Assembly: GCA_049431945.1 (NCBI GenBank)
Contig: JBMTDJ010000002.1
Span: 9,773-73,772 of the forward strand
Reading direction: 5' to 3'
DNA: 64,000 nt
From: Candidatus Nanopelagicales bacterium
GTDB taxonomy: Bacteria > Actinomycetota > Actinomycetes > S36-B12
Positions 15,977 through 26,671 of this stretch are shown piece after piece. Made by a program: the position numbers and the translations under genes. A model generated the notes under the pieces. That model saw nothing but the letters and a program-made list of their open reading frames with translations, was not told the origin of the DNA and did no database searches. Positions within the stretch are counted from its first letter, which is position 1; every line of letters begins with the position of its first letter.

Positions 15977-18025
15977 ATGCGTCCCGTGACCGACCTCGTG
16001 CGGACGGTGGCGCCCATCGAGGTCGTAGCCGACTACGAGCCCTCCGGGGACCAGCCGCAGGCGATCACCGAGCTCACCGAGCGGATCGAGGCGGGGGAGC
16101 GCGACATCGTGCTCCTGGGCGCGACGGGGACGGGCAAGAGCGCCACGGCCGCGTGGCTGATCGAGAAGGTCCAACGACCCACGATCGTCATGGCGCCCAA
16201 CAAGACACTTGCTGCGCAGCTCGCCAATGAGTTCCGGGAGCTCCTGCCGAACAACGCTGTGGAGTACTTCGTCTCGTACTACGACTACTACCAGCCTGAG
16301 GCGTACGTGCCGCAGACGGACACCTACATCGAGAAGGACTCCTCGATCAACGAGGAGGTCGAACGTCTCCGGCACTCGGCGACCAACTCGCTGCTCACGC
16401 GGCGCGATGTGGTTGTCGTCGCCACGGTTTCAGCCATCTACGGCCTGGGAACTCCGCAGGAATACGTCGATCGCATGCTCCGACTACGGGTGGGCGAGGA
16501 GCACGACCGGGACGCGCTGTTGCGCCGCCTGGTCGACATCCAGTACACCCGCAACGACACTAGTTTCGAGCGGGGCACCTTCAGGGTTCGCGGGGATACC
16601 CTCGAGGTCTTCCCCGTCTACGAGACTCATCCGGTGCGTATCGAGATGTTCGGTGACGAGGTCGAGCGCCTCATGACCCTTCACCCGGTGACGGGGGAGA
16701 TCCTCACCGAGGACGAGGAGCTGTACATCTTCCCGGCGACTCACTACGTCGCCGGTCCGGAGCGGATGGCCCGCGCCATCGAGGATATTGAGGCCGAACT
16801 GGCCCAACGTCTCGCCGAGTTGGAGGCACAGGGCAAGCTCCTCGAGGCGCAGCGATTGCGCATGCGCACGACGTACGACATCGAGATGATGCGCCAGGTG
16901 GGAAGTTGCTCGGGCATCGAGAACTACTCACGGCACATCGATGGTCGTGAGCAGGGCTCACCCCCCAACTGCCTCCTGGACTATTTCCCGGAGGACTTCC
17001 TGCTCATCGTGGATGAGTCCCATGTGACGGTTCCCCAGATTGGTGCCATGTACGAGGGGGACATGAGCCGCAAGCGCACCCTCGTGGATCACGGATTCCG
17101 TCTGCCAAGCGCTATGGACAACCGCCCGTTGCGCTGGGAGGAGTTTCGCGAGCGCACCGGACAGACCGTCTACCTCTCGGCCACGCCGGGCCCGTTCGAG
17201 CTCACGCAATCGGGTGGGGAATTCGTCGAACAGGTCATCCGGCCCACGGGCCTGGTGGATCCGCAGGTGGTCATCAAGCCGACCCAGGGCCAGATCGATG
17301 ACCTCATGGAGGAGATCCGTGTCCGGGCGGCCAGATCCGAGCGGGTGCTCGTGACGACCTTGACCAAGCGCATGGCCGAGGACCTCACCGCGTACCTCGA
17401 GGAGAACGGAGTCCGCGTCCGCTATCTCCACAGCGAAGTGGACACGCTCAGGCGCGTGGAGCTCCTGCGAGAGCTCCGGCTGGGTGAGTTCGACGTCCTC
17501 GTGGGAATCAATCTGCTTCGCGAGGGCCTTGATCTGCCCGAGGTCTCCCTCGTGAGCATCCTCGACGCGGACAAGGAGGGCTTCCTTCGCTCCGACACGT
17601 CTCTCATTCAGACGATCGGGCGCGCGGCTCGCAATGTCAGTGGCGAGGTGCACATGTACGCCGACACGGTGACCGCGTCGATGGCGCGCGCCACCCACGA
17701 GACGAATCGACGTCGCGACAAGCAGATGGCGTACAACACCGAGCATGGAATCGATCCCGCACCCCTGCGCAAGAAGATTGGTGACATCACCGACCTGCTG
17801 GCGAGGGAGGATGCAGACACATCGGAACTGCTCGGATCAGCGGATGCGCCCGTACGGGCTCGCTCCATCGCCGGGAAGGACCTCGTGGCCCTCATCGAGG
17901 AGCTCACGGCTGCGATGCATCAGGCGGCGGGCGACCTGCAGTTCGAGCTCGCCGCGCGCTACCGCGACGAGGTGTCTGAACTGAAGAAGGAACTGAGGGG
18001 CATGCAGGAAGCGGGCACGGCGTGA
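15977..18025 (+). CDS. uvrB: Excinuclease ABC subunit B
   Basis: 'GATGTGKS' Walker A, 'DESHVTVPQ' helicase motif II, and the C-terminal UVR motif '[13 protein letters not shown]'. Confidence 0.97.
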   Translation: MRPVTDLVRTVAPIEVVADYEPSGDQPQAITELTERIEAGERDIVLLGATGTGKSATAAWLIEKVQRPTIVMAPNKTLAAQLANEFRELLPNNAVEYFVSYYDYYQPEAYVPQTDTYIEKDSSINEEVERLRHSATNSLLTRRDVVVVATVSAIYGLGTPQEYVDRMLRLRVGEEHDRDALLRRLVDIQYTRNDTSFERGTFRVRGDTLEVFPVYETHPVRIEMFGDEVERLMTLHPVTGEILTEDEELYIFPATHYVAGPERMARAIEDIEAELAQRLAELEAQGKLLEAQRLRMRTTYDIEMMRQVGSCSGIENYSRHIDGREQGSPPNCLLDYFPEDFLLIVDESHVTVPQIGAMYEGDMSRKRTLVDHGFRLPSAMDNRPLRWEEFRERTGQTVYLSATPGPFELTQSGGEFVEQVIRPTGLVDPQVVIKPTQGQIDDLMEEIRVRAARSERVLVTTLTKRMAEDLTAYLEENGVRVRYLHSEVDTLRRVELLRELRLGEFDVLVGINLLREGLDLPEVSLVSILDADKEGFLRSDTSLIQTIGRAARNVSGEVHMYADTVTASMARATHETNRRRDKQMAYNTEHGIDPAPLRKKIGDITDLLAREDADTSELLGSADAPVRARSIAGKDLVALIEELTAAMHQAAGDLQFELAARYRDEVSELKKELRGMQEAGTA

Positions 18026-19089
18026 ACGTGCCCACGTGGCTGTGGATCGCCACGATCGGGGGCCTTGTGGGGATCATCGCTCTCGACCTCATCCTCGTCG
18101 ACAGCAGGCCGCATGTGTTCGGTCCGCGGGAGGCGACCCGCTGGGTGATCTTCTACATCGCGCTTGCGGTGGCCTTCGCTGGGTTTGTCTTCTGGTACTT
18201 CGGTGCGTCATACGCCGGGCAATTCATTGCCGGGTACATCACCGAGTACTCGCTGAGCGTGGACAACCTCTTCGTCTTTATGGTCATCCTCTCCGCGTTC
18301 GCCGTGCCAGCGGAGCATCGGCACCGGGTGCTCCTCGTGGGCATTGTCATCGCGCTGGTCCTGCGCGGAGCCCTCATCCTCATCGGTGCCGAGGCCATTG
18401 CTCGCTTCGCCGGAACCTTCTTCCTCTTCGGCGCGCTTCTCCTCTATACCGCCGTGAAGGTGTGGCGCAGCCACGGGGAGGAGCCTGACCCCGAGGGCAA
18501 CGCGCTCATCCGATGGCTGGAGAAGCGCGTTCCGACCACGCGGGAGTATCACGGCGCGCGACTCACCGTGCGCCTGGATGGCCGTCGTCACGTGACCCCG
18601 ATGCTGCTGGTGATGCTGGCCATCGGCACGACCGATCTGCTCTTCGCTATCGACTCGATCCCGGCGGTATTCGGTCTCACCAAGGAGGCATACCTGGTCT
18701 TCACGGCCAATGCCTTTGCCTTGATGGGGCTGCGGCAGCTCTTCTTCCTCCTCGACGGGCTCTTCTCCAAGATCATCTACCTGAACCGGGGGCTAGCGAT
18801 CATCCTTGGCTTCATCGGGGTCAAGCTCGTCCTCGAGGCCCTTGGCGAAACCACGGACCTGCCCGTGCCTCACGTGAGCATCCTCGTGTCACTCGCGGTC
18901 ATCGTGGGAGTCCTCGCGGCGACCGCCATCGTCAGCCTCGTGGCAGTACGGCGCAATCCGGCGCTTTTGGCCACATCGCCGGAATCGGAGGCCGAGATCG
19001 CGGCCGCGGCGGACCGTGGGCTGGCGCTTGAGGACCTCGAGCCAGAGGACGGGCAGGACCCGCAGGCGGACCGGCCGACGCCCGGATAA
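18022..19089 (+). CDS. TerC-family integral membrane protein (paralog 1)
   Basis: '[12 protein letters not shown]' and '[15 protein letters not shown]' are TerC signatures. GTG 18022 overlaps the uvrB TGA (GTGA). Confidence 0.9.
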   Translation: MNVPTWLWIATIGGLVGIIALDLILVDSRPHVFGPREATRWVIFYIALAVAFAGFVFWYFGASYAGQFIAGYITEYSLSVDNLFVFMVILSAFAVPAEHRHRVLLVGIVIALVLRGALILIGAEAIARFAGTFFLFGALLLYTAVKVWRSHGEEPDPEGNALIRWLEKRVPTTREYHGARLTVRLDGRRHVTPMLLVMLAIGTTDLLFAIDSIPAVFGLTKEAYLVFTANAFALMGLRQLFFLLDGLFSKIIYLNRGLAIILGFIGVKLVLEALGETTDLPVPHVSILVSLAVIVGVLAATAIVSLVAVRRNPALLATSPESEAEIAAAADRGLALEDLEPEDGQDPQADRPTPG

Positions 19090-19122
19090 CGTGGAGGGTC
19101 TGCCTCACTCCGGGAGGGTTCT

Positions 19123-20127
19123 TTGAGCGTCTCGCTCACGATGTGGCTGGTCACCATCGGCGCCATCCTCGTCCTTGTCGTGATGGATTTCCTCACGGTC
19201 AGTCGCAAGCCGCACGAGGTCTCCTTCAAGGAGGCGGCCCTGTGGTCGATCTTCTACATCGCCATCGCCGTCGCCTTCGGCGTCTTCATCTGGGTGTGGC
19301 AGGGGAGCGACTTTGGGACGCAGTACTTCGCTGCCTACCTCGTGGAGAAGTCGCTCTCGGTCGACAACCTCTTCGTGTTCGTCATCATTCTCGCCCAGTT
19401 CGCGGTGCCGAGCATCTACCACCAGCGGGTGCTCCTCGTCGGAGTCGTCCTGGCCCTCGTCCTGCGCGCGATCTTCATCGCGATCGGCGCCGCTGCGCTC
19501 GCGGCGTTCTCGTTCACCTTCGTCATCTTCGGAGCGATTCTCATCTGGACCGGCGTCCAGCTCTTCCGGCATCGGGACGCCGACCCAGAGCCGAAGGACA
19601 ACTTCGTCGTCAAGACCGTGCGACGCTGGTACCCGGTCACGCCGGACTATCACGACACCAAGCTCTTCGTGCGCATCGACGGCCAGCGGATGATCACCCC
19701 GCTCATGCTTGTCATGGTCGCTATCGCGTCCACCGACCTGCTGTTCGCCCTGGATTCGATCCCGGCCACCTTCGGTGTCACACAAGAGCCCTACCTGGTC
19801 TTTACGGCGAATGCCGCCGCATTACTCGGCCTGCGAGCGCTGTATTTCCTGCTCAAGGGCCTGCTGAGCAAGCTCATCTACCTGTCCATGGGCCTGGCGA
19901 TCATCCTGGTCTTCATCGGATTCAAGTTGATCCTCACCTTCGCCCACGAGGTGAACAACGACATCCCCAAGATCCCGACGGTGTTCTCGCTGGGGGTCAT
20001 CGCGGCGATCCTCATCATCGTGACCATCGCGTCGTGGATCAAGGTCCGGAAGGACCCCACCGCCACGGCCCACGCGGGCACGATCACCAAGCCGAAGCCC
20101 CATGACGACGAAGGCTCGTCGGCTTAG
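19123..20127 (+). CDS. TerC-family integral membrane protein (paralog 2)
   Basis: '[12 protein letters not shown]' and 'TDLLFALDSIPATFG' are present. TTG 19123 is preceded by GGGAGGG (19112-18). ATG 19141 is an alternative start. Confidence 0.88.
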   Translation: MSVSLTMWLVTIGAILVLVVMDFLTVSRKPHEVSFKEAALWSIFYIAIAVAFGVFIWVWQGSDFGTQYFAAYLVEKSLSVDNLFVFVIILAQFAVPSIYHQRVLLVGVVLALVLRAIFIAIGAAALAAFSFTFVIFGAILIWTGVQLFRHRDADPEPKDNFVVKTVRRWYPVTPDYHDTKLFVRIDGQRMITPLMLVMVAIASTDLLFALDSIPATFGVTQEPYLVFTANAAALLGLRALYFLLKGLLSKLIYLSMGLAIILVFIGFKLILTFAHEVNNDIPKIPTVFSLGVIAAILIIVTIASWIKVRKDPTATAHAGTITKPKPHDDEGSSA

Positions 20128-20145
20128 TCCTGGCAGACTCTGGCC

Positions 20146-20646
20146 GTGCTCATCCGGGCGGCAACCGCTAGCGACCTCGCCGGGGTCGTGGACGTGCATG
20201 TCGCATCGTGGGATGCGGCGAAAGACGGTCTGGACCTCGTGACTCGCCGCACCCCCGAGCAGCGAACGGAACTCTGGACCGCCTTCTTCGCGCAGGGACG
20301 CGGCCAGATGTTCGTGGCCGAGGATCAGGGACGTGTGGTGGGCTTCATGGCATTCGGTCCGTCGCGCGACGACGATCGTCAGGGGCAGACCGAGATCTAC
20401 ACCCTCTATGTGGACCCCGCGTGGTGGCGGCAGGGGATTGGATCAAGTCTCATGGACCAGGTGTCCGACACCGGCGGTCCGCTCAGCGTCTGGACCTCCG
20501 AGGGGAGCGCTCAGGCTCGCGGCTTCTACGCTCGGCACGGCTTCCATCCCGACGGGGCGACCGAGGCCGGTCATCACCTCCCCCAGGTCCGCCTCGTGCG
20601 ATCCGAGCGTCCAAGCCCTGCTCCGGAAGCGACGGAAGGTCCCTGA
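20146..20646 (+). CDS. GNAT-family N-acetyltransferase
   Basis: 166 aa. 'WRQGIGSSLM' is the acetyl-CoA binding (Q/R-x-x-G-x-G/A) motif, and 'ARGFYARHGF' is a typical GNAT C-terminus. Confidence 0.85.
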   Translation: MLIRAATASDLAGVVDVHVASWDAAKDGLDLVTRRTPEQRTELWTAFFAQGRGQMFVAEDQGRVVGFMAFGPSRDDDRQGQTEIYTLYVDPAWWRQGIGSSLMDQVSDTGGPLSVWTSEGSAQARGFYARHGFHPDGATEAGHHLPQVRLVRSERPSPAPEATEGP

Positions 20647-20725
20647 CCCAGAGGTGCATTCGGCCCTCTCAGGGCACTATCCACCTTGGGTTCACGGCCA
20701 TCCGATGACGTAGGGGGCCAACGAA

Positions 20726-21385
20726 CTACCAGCCGCGCGCTGCCCATTCCTCGAGTGCTGGGCGTTCGCGCCCCACGGTCGTGTCGTTGCCGTGTCCGGG
20801 ATAGACCCACGTCTCGTCGGGGAGGACATCGAAGATCTTGGTGACCACGCCGTCGTAGAGCGAGGCGAAGTCCTCGGGGCCGGCGGTCTTGCCCACGCCA
20901 CCGGGGAAGAGGCAGTCACCCGTGAAGAGGTGCGGCTGGCCCTCAGGGTCGTCGTAGAGCAGGGCGATGGAGCCGGGTGTGTGCCCGACCAGGTGGATCG
21001 CCCGCAGGGTCACCGAGCCGAATACGACCTCGTCTCCGTCATCGAGCAGGACATCCGTCATGACGGGGATTCCCTCGGCGTCGAGGCGTCCGGCCACGGT
21101 CGTCGCGCCGGTGGCCGCCACGACGTCGCCGAGCGCCTGCCAGTGGTCGGCATGGCGGTGAGTGGTGATGACGGCCTCGATGCCGTCCTCGCCGATGAGA
21201 TCGAGCAGCGCCTCGGGCTCCGCAGCGGCGTCGACGAGGACCTGCTCCCCGGTGTCTCGGCAACGCAGGAGATAGGCGTTGTTGCTCATGGGGCCCACCG
21301 CGATCTTAGACACGATCAGGCCGGGCAGTTCGTGTACGTCGGCGGGTCCCCCGACGTGGACGTCTCCTGAGTAGGTCACCGTCAC
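20726..21385 (-). CDS. MBL-fold metallo-hydrolase (glyoxalase II-like)
   Basis: 'TTHRHADHW' matches the HxHxDH metal motif. 'HTPGS' and 'GHG' are also present. GTG start at 21385. Confidence 0.85.
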   Translation of the reverse strand: MTVTYSGDVHVGGPADVHELPGLIVSKIAVGPMSNNAYLLRCRDTGEQVLVDAAAEPEALLDLIGEDGIEAVITTHRHADHWQALGDVVAATGATTVAGRLDAEGIPVMTDVLLDDGDEVVFGSVTLRAIHLVGHTPGSIALLYDDPEGQPHLFTGDCLFPGGVGKTAGPEDFASLYDGVVTKIFDVLPDETWVYPGHGNDTTVGRERPALEEWAARGW

Positions 21386-21395
21386 AGCCTACGGC

Positions 21396-21401
21396 TAGCC
21401 T
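21396..21401 (+). promoter_or_regulatory. Candidate -10 hexamer (TAGCCT) for a leaderless uvrA transcript
   Basis: The TANNNT hexamer ends 6 nt before GTG 21408. The gap to the divergent gene is only 22 bp and no Shine-Dalgarno sequence is visible. Confidence 0.25.
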
Positions 21402-21407
21402 GCCCCT

Positions 21408-24299
21408 GTGTCGGACCGTCTCATCGTGCGCGGAGCCCGTGAGCACAATCTTCGGGACGTATCCCTCGACCTGCCCCGAGACGCCCTCATCGTCTTCACG
21501 GGTCTGTCCGGGTCGGGGAAGTCGAGCCTCGCCTTCGACACGATCTTCGCCGAGGGGCAGCGTCGGTACGTTGAGAGCCTCTCGGCGTACGCCCGCCAGT
21601 TCCTCGGCCAGATGGACAAGCCCGACGTCGACTTCATCGAGGGCCTGTCGCCCGCGGTGTCGATCGACCAGAAGTCGACGTCGCGTAACCCGCGGTCGAC
21701 TGTCGGCACCATCACCGAGGTCTATGACTACCTCCGCCTGCTCTTCGCGCGCATCGGCAAGCCTCACTGTCCGGAGTGCGGCAAGCCGATCGCGCGTCAG
21801 ACCCCTGGGCAGATCGTCGACAGGCTCCTCGAGTTGCCCGAGGGCACGAGGTTCCAGGTGCTCAGTCCCGTGGTGCGCGAGCGCAAAGGGGAGTACGCCG
21901 ACCTGTTCCGTCAGCTCCAGGCCCAGGGCTACGCGCGCGTGCGAGTCGACGGTGTCGTCTACGCCTTGGAGGACGTGCCCAAGCTCAAGAAGCAGGAGAA
22001 GCACACGATCGAGGTGGTCGTGGATCGCGCCGTGGCCAAGGCGTCGGCGCGACGGCGGCTTGCGGACTCCGTCGAGACGGCACTGAGGCTGTCTGGAGGA
22101 CTTGTCATCGCCGAGCTCGTCGATCTCGCCGAGGACGATCCTGGCCGCGAGCGGATCTACAGCGAGCACCTTGCGTGCCTTGATGACGATCTGTCCTTCG
22201 AGGAACTCGAGCCACGATCCTTCTCCTTCAACTCCCCGTTCGGGGCCTGTCCCGAGTGCACGGGCCTGGGGACTCGCATGGAGGTCGACCCCGACCTCGT
22301 CGTTCCCGACCCGGATCTCACCCTTGACGAGGGGGCGCTGGCGCCATGGTCCGGGGGGCACGTCACCGACTACTTCCAGCGCCTGGTGGAAGCCCTCGCG
22401 GACGAGATGGGCTTCGACATGCAGACCCCCTGGTCCAAGCTGCCGGCCAAAGCTCGCAAGTCGCTGCTCTATGGGCATCCCAGTGAGATCCACGTCCGAT
22501 ATCGCAATCGCTACGGTCGCCAGCGCAGTTACTACACGACCTTCGAAGGAGTCGTCCCCTACGTGGAACGGCGTCACGACGAGGCCGAGACGGATACCAG
22601 CAGGGAGCGATTCGCCGGTTACATGCGCGAGGTGGCGTGCGAGGCATGCGGCGGGGCACGCCTGAAGCCGGTCAGCCTCGCGGTGACAGTGGGAGACAAG
22701 TCGATCGCGGAGATCGCGAGGCTCCCTATCGGGGAGGCCGCGACTTTCCTTCGCGACATGAAGCTCACCGGCCGCGACGCGCAGATCGCCGAGCGCGTGC
22801 TCAAGGAAGTCAACGAGCGGCTCCGCTTCCTCACGGATGTGGGGCTGCACTACCTGTCGCTTGACCGGGCCGCGGGAACCCTGGCCGGCGGAGAGGCTCA
22901 GCGGATCCGGCTGGCCACGCAGATCGGCTCCGGTCTGGTCGGAGTCCTCTACGTCCTCGACGAACCCAGCATCGGATTGCACCAGCGGGACAACCAGCGA
23001 CTTATCGAGACGCTGGTGCGGCTGCGGGACCTCGGGAACACCCTCATCGTCGTCGAGCACGACGAGGACACCATCCGCACGGCGGACTGGGTGGTCGACA
23101 TCGGGCCCGGGGCGGGCGAGCACGGCGGTCGAATCGTGGTGAGCGGGCCCGTCGACGCACTTCTCGCTCACGATGAATCACTCACGGGTGCCTATCTCTC
23201 GGGTCGCCTCGCGATTGAGGCGCCCCTCGTGCGTCGCCCCGTCGACCCATCCCGCAAACTTCGAGTCGAGGGTGCAGCTGAGCACAATCTTCAGGGCGTC
23301 AGCGTCGACTTCCCCCTGGGCTGCCTTGTTGCCGTCACCGGCGTGAGCGGCTCGGGCAAGTCGACGCTGGTCAACGATGTCCTCTACGCATCACTCGCAC
23401 GCGAGCTCAACGGTGCGCGAGTCGTGCCCGGTCGGCACAAGCGGGTGCTCGGACTGGATCTGGTGGACAAGGTCGTCCACGTCGACCAGAGTCCGATCGG
23501 GCGCACGCCGCGCAGCAATCCGGCCACGTATACGGGCGTCTTCGATCACATTCGCAAGCTCTTTGCCGAGACGCCCGAGGCGAAGATGCGCGGGTACCTC
23601 CAGGGACGGTTCTCGTTCAACGTCAAAGGTGGTCGCTGCGAGGCATGTGCGGGTGACGGCACTCTGCGCATCGAGATGAACTTCCTGCCGGATGTTTACG
23701 TACCGTGCGAGGAGTGCCATGGAGCGCGCTACAACCGCGAGACCCTCGAGGTGCACTACAAGGGCAAGTCGATCGCCGATGTCCTCGATATGCCGATCGA
23801 AGAAGCACTGGAGTTCTTCGGCCCGGTCCCGGCGATTGCGAGGCACCTTCAGACGCTGGTGGATGTGGGGCTCGGCTACGTGCGCATGGGGCAATCCGCT
23901 CCGACGCTCTCCGGCGGCGAAGCCCAGCGAGTCAAGCTCGCTGCCGAGCTCCAGAAGCGTTCGACGGGACGCACCGTGTACGTGCTCGACGAACCGACGA
24001 CCGGCCTGCACTTCGAGGACATTCGCAAGCTGCTTGGCGTGCTGCACAGCCTGGTCGACAAGGGCAATACGGTCATCGTCATCGAGCACAACCTCGATGT
24101 CATCAAGTCGGCGGACTGGATCATCGACATGGGACCTGAGGGTGGATCCGGCGGTGGCTCTGTCGTGGCCGAGGGAACCCCGGAGGACATCGCCGAGCAC
24201 GGCGGCAGCCACACGGGACGGTTCCTGCGTTCCATGCTGGGGCTGCCCGCACCGGGTGCGACCCCGGCTCGACGGGCCAAGCGGCCCCGCGCGTCGTAG
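21408..24299 (+). CDS. uvrA: Excinuclease ABC subunit A
   Basis: 963 aa. Two ABC modules ('[14 protein letters not shown]', '[11 protein letters not shown]', two 'LSGGEAQR' signatures) and zinc-finger Cys pairs ('CPECG', 'CPECTG', 'CEACAGDG...CEECHG'). Confidence 0.97.
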   Translation: MSDRLIVRGAREHNLRDVSLDLPRDALIVFTGLSGSGKSSLAFDTIFAEGQRRYVESLSAYARQFLGQMDKPDVDFIEGLSPAVSIDQKSTSRNPRSTVGTITEVYDYLRLLFARIGKPHCPECGKPIARQTPGQIVDRLLELPEGTRFQVLSPVVRERKGEYADLFRQLQAQGYARVRVDGVVYALEDVPKLKKQEKHTIEVVVDRAVAKASARRRLADSVETALRLSGGLVIAELVDLAEDDPGRERIYSEHLACLDDDLSFEELEPRSFSFNSPFGACPECTGLGTRMEVDPDLVVPDPDLTLDEGALAPWSGGHVTDYFQRLVEALADEMGFDMQTPWSKLPAKARKSLLYGHPSEIHVRYRNRYGRQRSYYTTFEGVVPYVERRHDEAETDTSRERFAGYMREVACEACGGARLKPVSLAVTVGDKSIAEIARLPIGEAATFLRDMKLTGRDAQIAERVLKEVNERLRFLTDVGLHYLSLDRAAGTLAGGEAQRIRLATQIGSGLVGVLYVLDEPSIGLHQRDNQRLIETLVRLRDLGNTLIVVEHDEDTIRTADWVVDIGPGAGEHGGRIVVSGPVDALLAHDESLTGAYLSGRLAIEAPLVRRPVDPSRKLRVEGAAEHNLQGVSVDFPLGCLVAVTGVSGSGKSTLVNDVLYASLARELNGARVVPGRHKRVLGLDLVDKVVHVDQSPIGRTPRSNPATYTGVFDHIRKLFAETPEAKMRGYLQGRFSFNVKGGRCEACAGDGTLRIEMNFLPDVYVPCEECHGARYNRETLEVHYKGKSIADVLDMPIEEALEFFGPVPAIARHLQTLVDVGLGYVRMGQSAPTLSGGEAQRVKLAAELQKRSTGRTVYVLDEPTTGLHFEDIRKLLGVLHSLVDKGNTVIVIEHNLDVIKSADWIIDMGPEGGSGGGSVVAEGTPEDIAEHGGSHTGRFLRSMLGLPAPGATPARRAKRPRAS

Positions 24300-24308
24300 C
24301 CTGGACCC

Positions 24309-24794
24309 ATGAGGTCCACGCCCGTCGCCCGTCGTACCGTCCTTGTGAGCGGTGGAGCCATCGGCGCCGCTGCTGCCCTGGCCGCCTGCGGCGGATCCGG
24401 TGATTCCGCCACTTCGTCGAGCTCGGCGCCGACGTCCGACGCTTCCCCGCAGAGCAGTGCCGCAGGAACCACGACGACGCCCGATAGCAGCGGGCCGGCG
24501 CCCCAGGGCGAGGTGCTCGGTCCAGTCGACCAGGTCGCCGTGGGCTCCGGCGTGGTCTACGACGGCCCCAAGGTCGTGGTGACCCAGCCCGTCGAGGGTG
24601 ATGTGCGCGGGTTCACGGCGGTCTGCCCTCATCAGGGATGCCTGGTGAGCGAGGTCACCAACAACGAGATCCTGTGCCCCTGCCACGGGTCGCTCTTCTC
24701 AGCCGAGGATGGGGCGGTCATCGTCGGGCCCGCTCGGACCGGTCTTGCGCCCGTCGACGTCGCGGTCGTCGACGACCAGGTCATCCTGAGCTGA
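24309..24794 (+). CDS. Exported (Tat signal plus lipobox) Rieske [2Fe-2S] protein
   Basis: 'ARRTVLV' is a twin-arginine motif and 'LAAC' is a lipobox. A Ser/Thr/Pro-rich linker follows. The Rieske motif is 'CPHQGC...x...CPCHGS'. Confidence 0.8.
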   Translation: MRSTPVARRTVLVSGGAIGAAAALAACGGSGDSATSSSSAPTSDASPQSSAAGTTTTPDSSGPAPQGEVLGPVDQVAVGSGVVYDGPKVVVTQPVEGDVRGFTAVCPHQGCLVSEVTNNEILCPCHGSLFSAEDGAVIVGPARTGLAPVDVAVVDDQVILS

Positions 24795-24796
24795 AC

Positions 24797-26671
24797 TTGA
24801 TCGCACGAGACGCGCGCCCGCGCGGCGTACCGGATCAGCCGGGGGTATACCGATTCAAGGATGTCGAGGGACGCGTCGTCTACGTGGGCAAGGCGAAGTC
24901 GCTGCGCTCACGGCTGACGTCCTATTTCGCTGATCCGCGCGGGATGCACCCGCGGACCCGCTCCCTCATGGAGGCGGCCGACTCGGTGGACTGGACGGTC
25001 GTCGGAAGCGAGGTCGAGGCCCTTCAACTCGAGTACGCCTGGATCAAGGAGTTCGATCCGCGATTCAACGTCAGATATCGCGACGACAAGTCCTATCCCT
25101 ACCTCGCGGTCACCATGGCGGAGGAATTCCCGAGGGCTCTCGTCACGCGCGGCGCCAAGCGCGCGGGCACGAGGTACTTCGGTCCATACGCGCACGCCTG
25201 GGCGATCCGCGGCACCCTCGACGCACTTCTCCGCGTATTCCCAGTCCGTACGTGCACCAAGGGCGTCTTCGACCGAGCCCGTCGGTCCGGAAGGCCGTGC
25301 CTGCTCGCGGATATCGGAAAGTGTTCAGCCCCCTGTGTCGGCAGGGTCACCCCGGAAGAACACCGCCGCATTGCGGAGGATCTTTGTGCCTTCATGGGTG
25401 GACGATCCAAGGAATTCCAGCGTCGGCTCACGGCTGAGATGCACGACGCTTCCGCGTCCCAGGATTACGAGCGCGCTGCCCGGCTGCGGGACGACCTCGG
25501 AGCCCTCGAGCGGGCAATGGAGCGCAACTCGATCGTGTTCGATGAATCCGTCGATGCCGATGTCATCGGCATGAGTGCGGACGATCTCGAGGTGGCCTTC
25601 GAGGTCTTCCATGTCCGCGACGGCCGGATTCGAGGGCAGCGCAGCTACGTCGTGGAGCGGGTGGAGGACGTCGACGAGTCGATCCTGGTCGGCCGACTGC
25701 TCGTGAGTCTTGTGGACGAGGCCGGCGAGTGTCCGCCGGAAGTCCTCGTACCCACGGCTATCGACGAAGGAGTCCAGGACTGGCTTGCTTGGAAGCGCGG
25801 AGCACACGTGGACGTCAGGGTGCCGCAGCGGGGCGCCAAGAAGGATCTCCTGGCGACGGCTCAGGCGAACGCTGAGCAGCGCCTCGCGCTGCACAAGGCG
25901 CGACGCTCGGGTGACCTCACGGCCCGCAGCCAGGCGTTGCAGGAGATCCAGGATGCGCTCGGCATGGAGGCTGCCCCGTTGAGAATCGAGACGATCGACG
26001 TCTCTCACCTCGCTGGCCAGGGAGTCGTCGCCTCGCTCGTGGTCTTCGAGGATGGTGCGCCCCGACCGCGGGAGAACCGCACTTTCGCGATCTCCGACGA
26101 GGGTGCCAACGACGACCTCTCTGCTGTGCGCGAGGTCGTCCTGCGACGCTTCCGGCCGGTGCTCGACGATGGAGGCGAGCGAAGGCGTACCTTCGCCTAC
26201 GCACCAGCGCTCCTCGTCGTCGACGGCGGACAGCCTCAGGTCAGGGTGGCGATGGACGCCCTTCGAGAGCGCGAGGTGACGGGGGTGACTGTCGTCGGCC
26301 TTGCCAAGCGGCTCGAGGAACTGTGGCTGCCCGATCGGAGCGAGCCCATCATCCTGCCGCGGTCCAGCCAGGGCTTGTTCCTCATGCAGCGCATGCGCGA
26401 TGAGGCGCACCGAGTGGCTATCGGCTATCAGCGGCGCACACGCAAGAGGAGCACGCGAAGTGCCTTGCACGACATACCCGGGCTCGGGCCGGAAAGGGCC
26501 AAGGCCCTCCTGCGCGCGTTCGGCTCGGTGGCGGCCATCCGTCGCGCCACAACGGACGACCTACAGCAGGTCAAGGGCATCGGTCCAGACCTGGCCGAAC
26601 GCATCGTCCGCGCGCTTGGTGCCTCCGAGACGGCACCTGATGAGATGCTGGCGTCGGAGGTGCGCGAATGA
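24797..26671 (+). CDS. uvrC: Excinuclease ABC subunit C
   Basis: GIY-YIG domain ('GVYRFKD...VVYVGKAKSLRSRL'), UVR motif ('YERAARLRDDL') and C-terminal HhH ('IPGLGPERAKALL...IKGIGPDLAERI'). The start is uncertain. TTG 24797 is chosen because the upstream part of the track ORF overlaps the Rieske gene. Confidence 0.88.
   Translation: MIARDARPRGVPDQPGVYRFKDVEGRVVYVGKAKSLRSRLTSYFADPRGMHPRTRSLMEAADSVDWTVVGSEVEALQLEYAWIKEFDPRFNVRYRDDKSYPYLAVTMAEEFPRALVTRGAKRAGTRYFGPYAHAWAIRGTLDALLRVFPVRTCTKGVFDRARRSGRPCLLADIGKCSAPCVGRVTPEEHRRIAEDLCAFMGGRSKEFQRRLTAEMHDASASQDYERAARLRDDLGALERAMERNSIVFDESVDADVIGMSADDLEVAFEVFHVRDGRIRGQRSYVVERVEDVDESILVGRLLVSLVDEAGECPPEVLVPTAIDEGVQDWLAWKRGAHVDVRVPQRGAKKDLLATAQANAEQRLALHKARRSGDLTARSQALQEIQDALGMEAAPLRIETIDVSHLAGQGVVASLVVFEDGAPRPRENRTFAISDEGANDDLSAVREVVLRRFRPVLDDGGERRRTFAYAPALLVVDGGQPQVRVAMDALREREVTGVTVVGLAKRLEELWLPDRSEPIILPRSSQGLFLMQRMRDEAHRVAIGYQRRTRKRSTRSALHDIPGLGPERAKALLRAFGSVAAIRRATTDDLQQVKGIGPDLAERIVRALGASETAPDEMLASEVRE

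Noticed and set aside
20647-20725. A possible bidirectional terminator between the convergent GNAT and MBL genes (ccctga...tcaggg).
   Set aside because: The stem is 6 + 4 bp interrupted by a 4-nt bulge, with no U-tract. It is too weak to call.
21306-23171. A 621-aa minus-strand ORF opposite uvrA. Similar long ORFs lie at 15182..16375, 23391..24686, 25325..26470, 27897..29555, 35156..36031 and 61690..62559.
   Set aside because: All are antisense or out of frame relative to strongly recognisable conserved genes (coaE/uvrB, uvrA, uvrC, yvcK/whiA, zwf, photolyase). All have Arg/Gly/Pro/Asp-rich compositions typical of non-coding frames in high-GC DNA.
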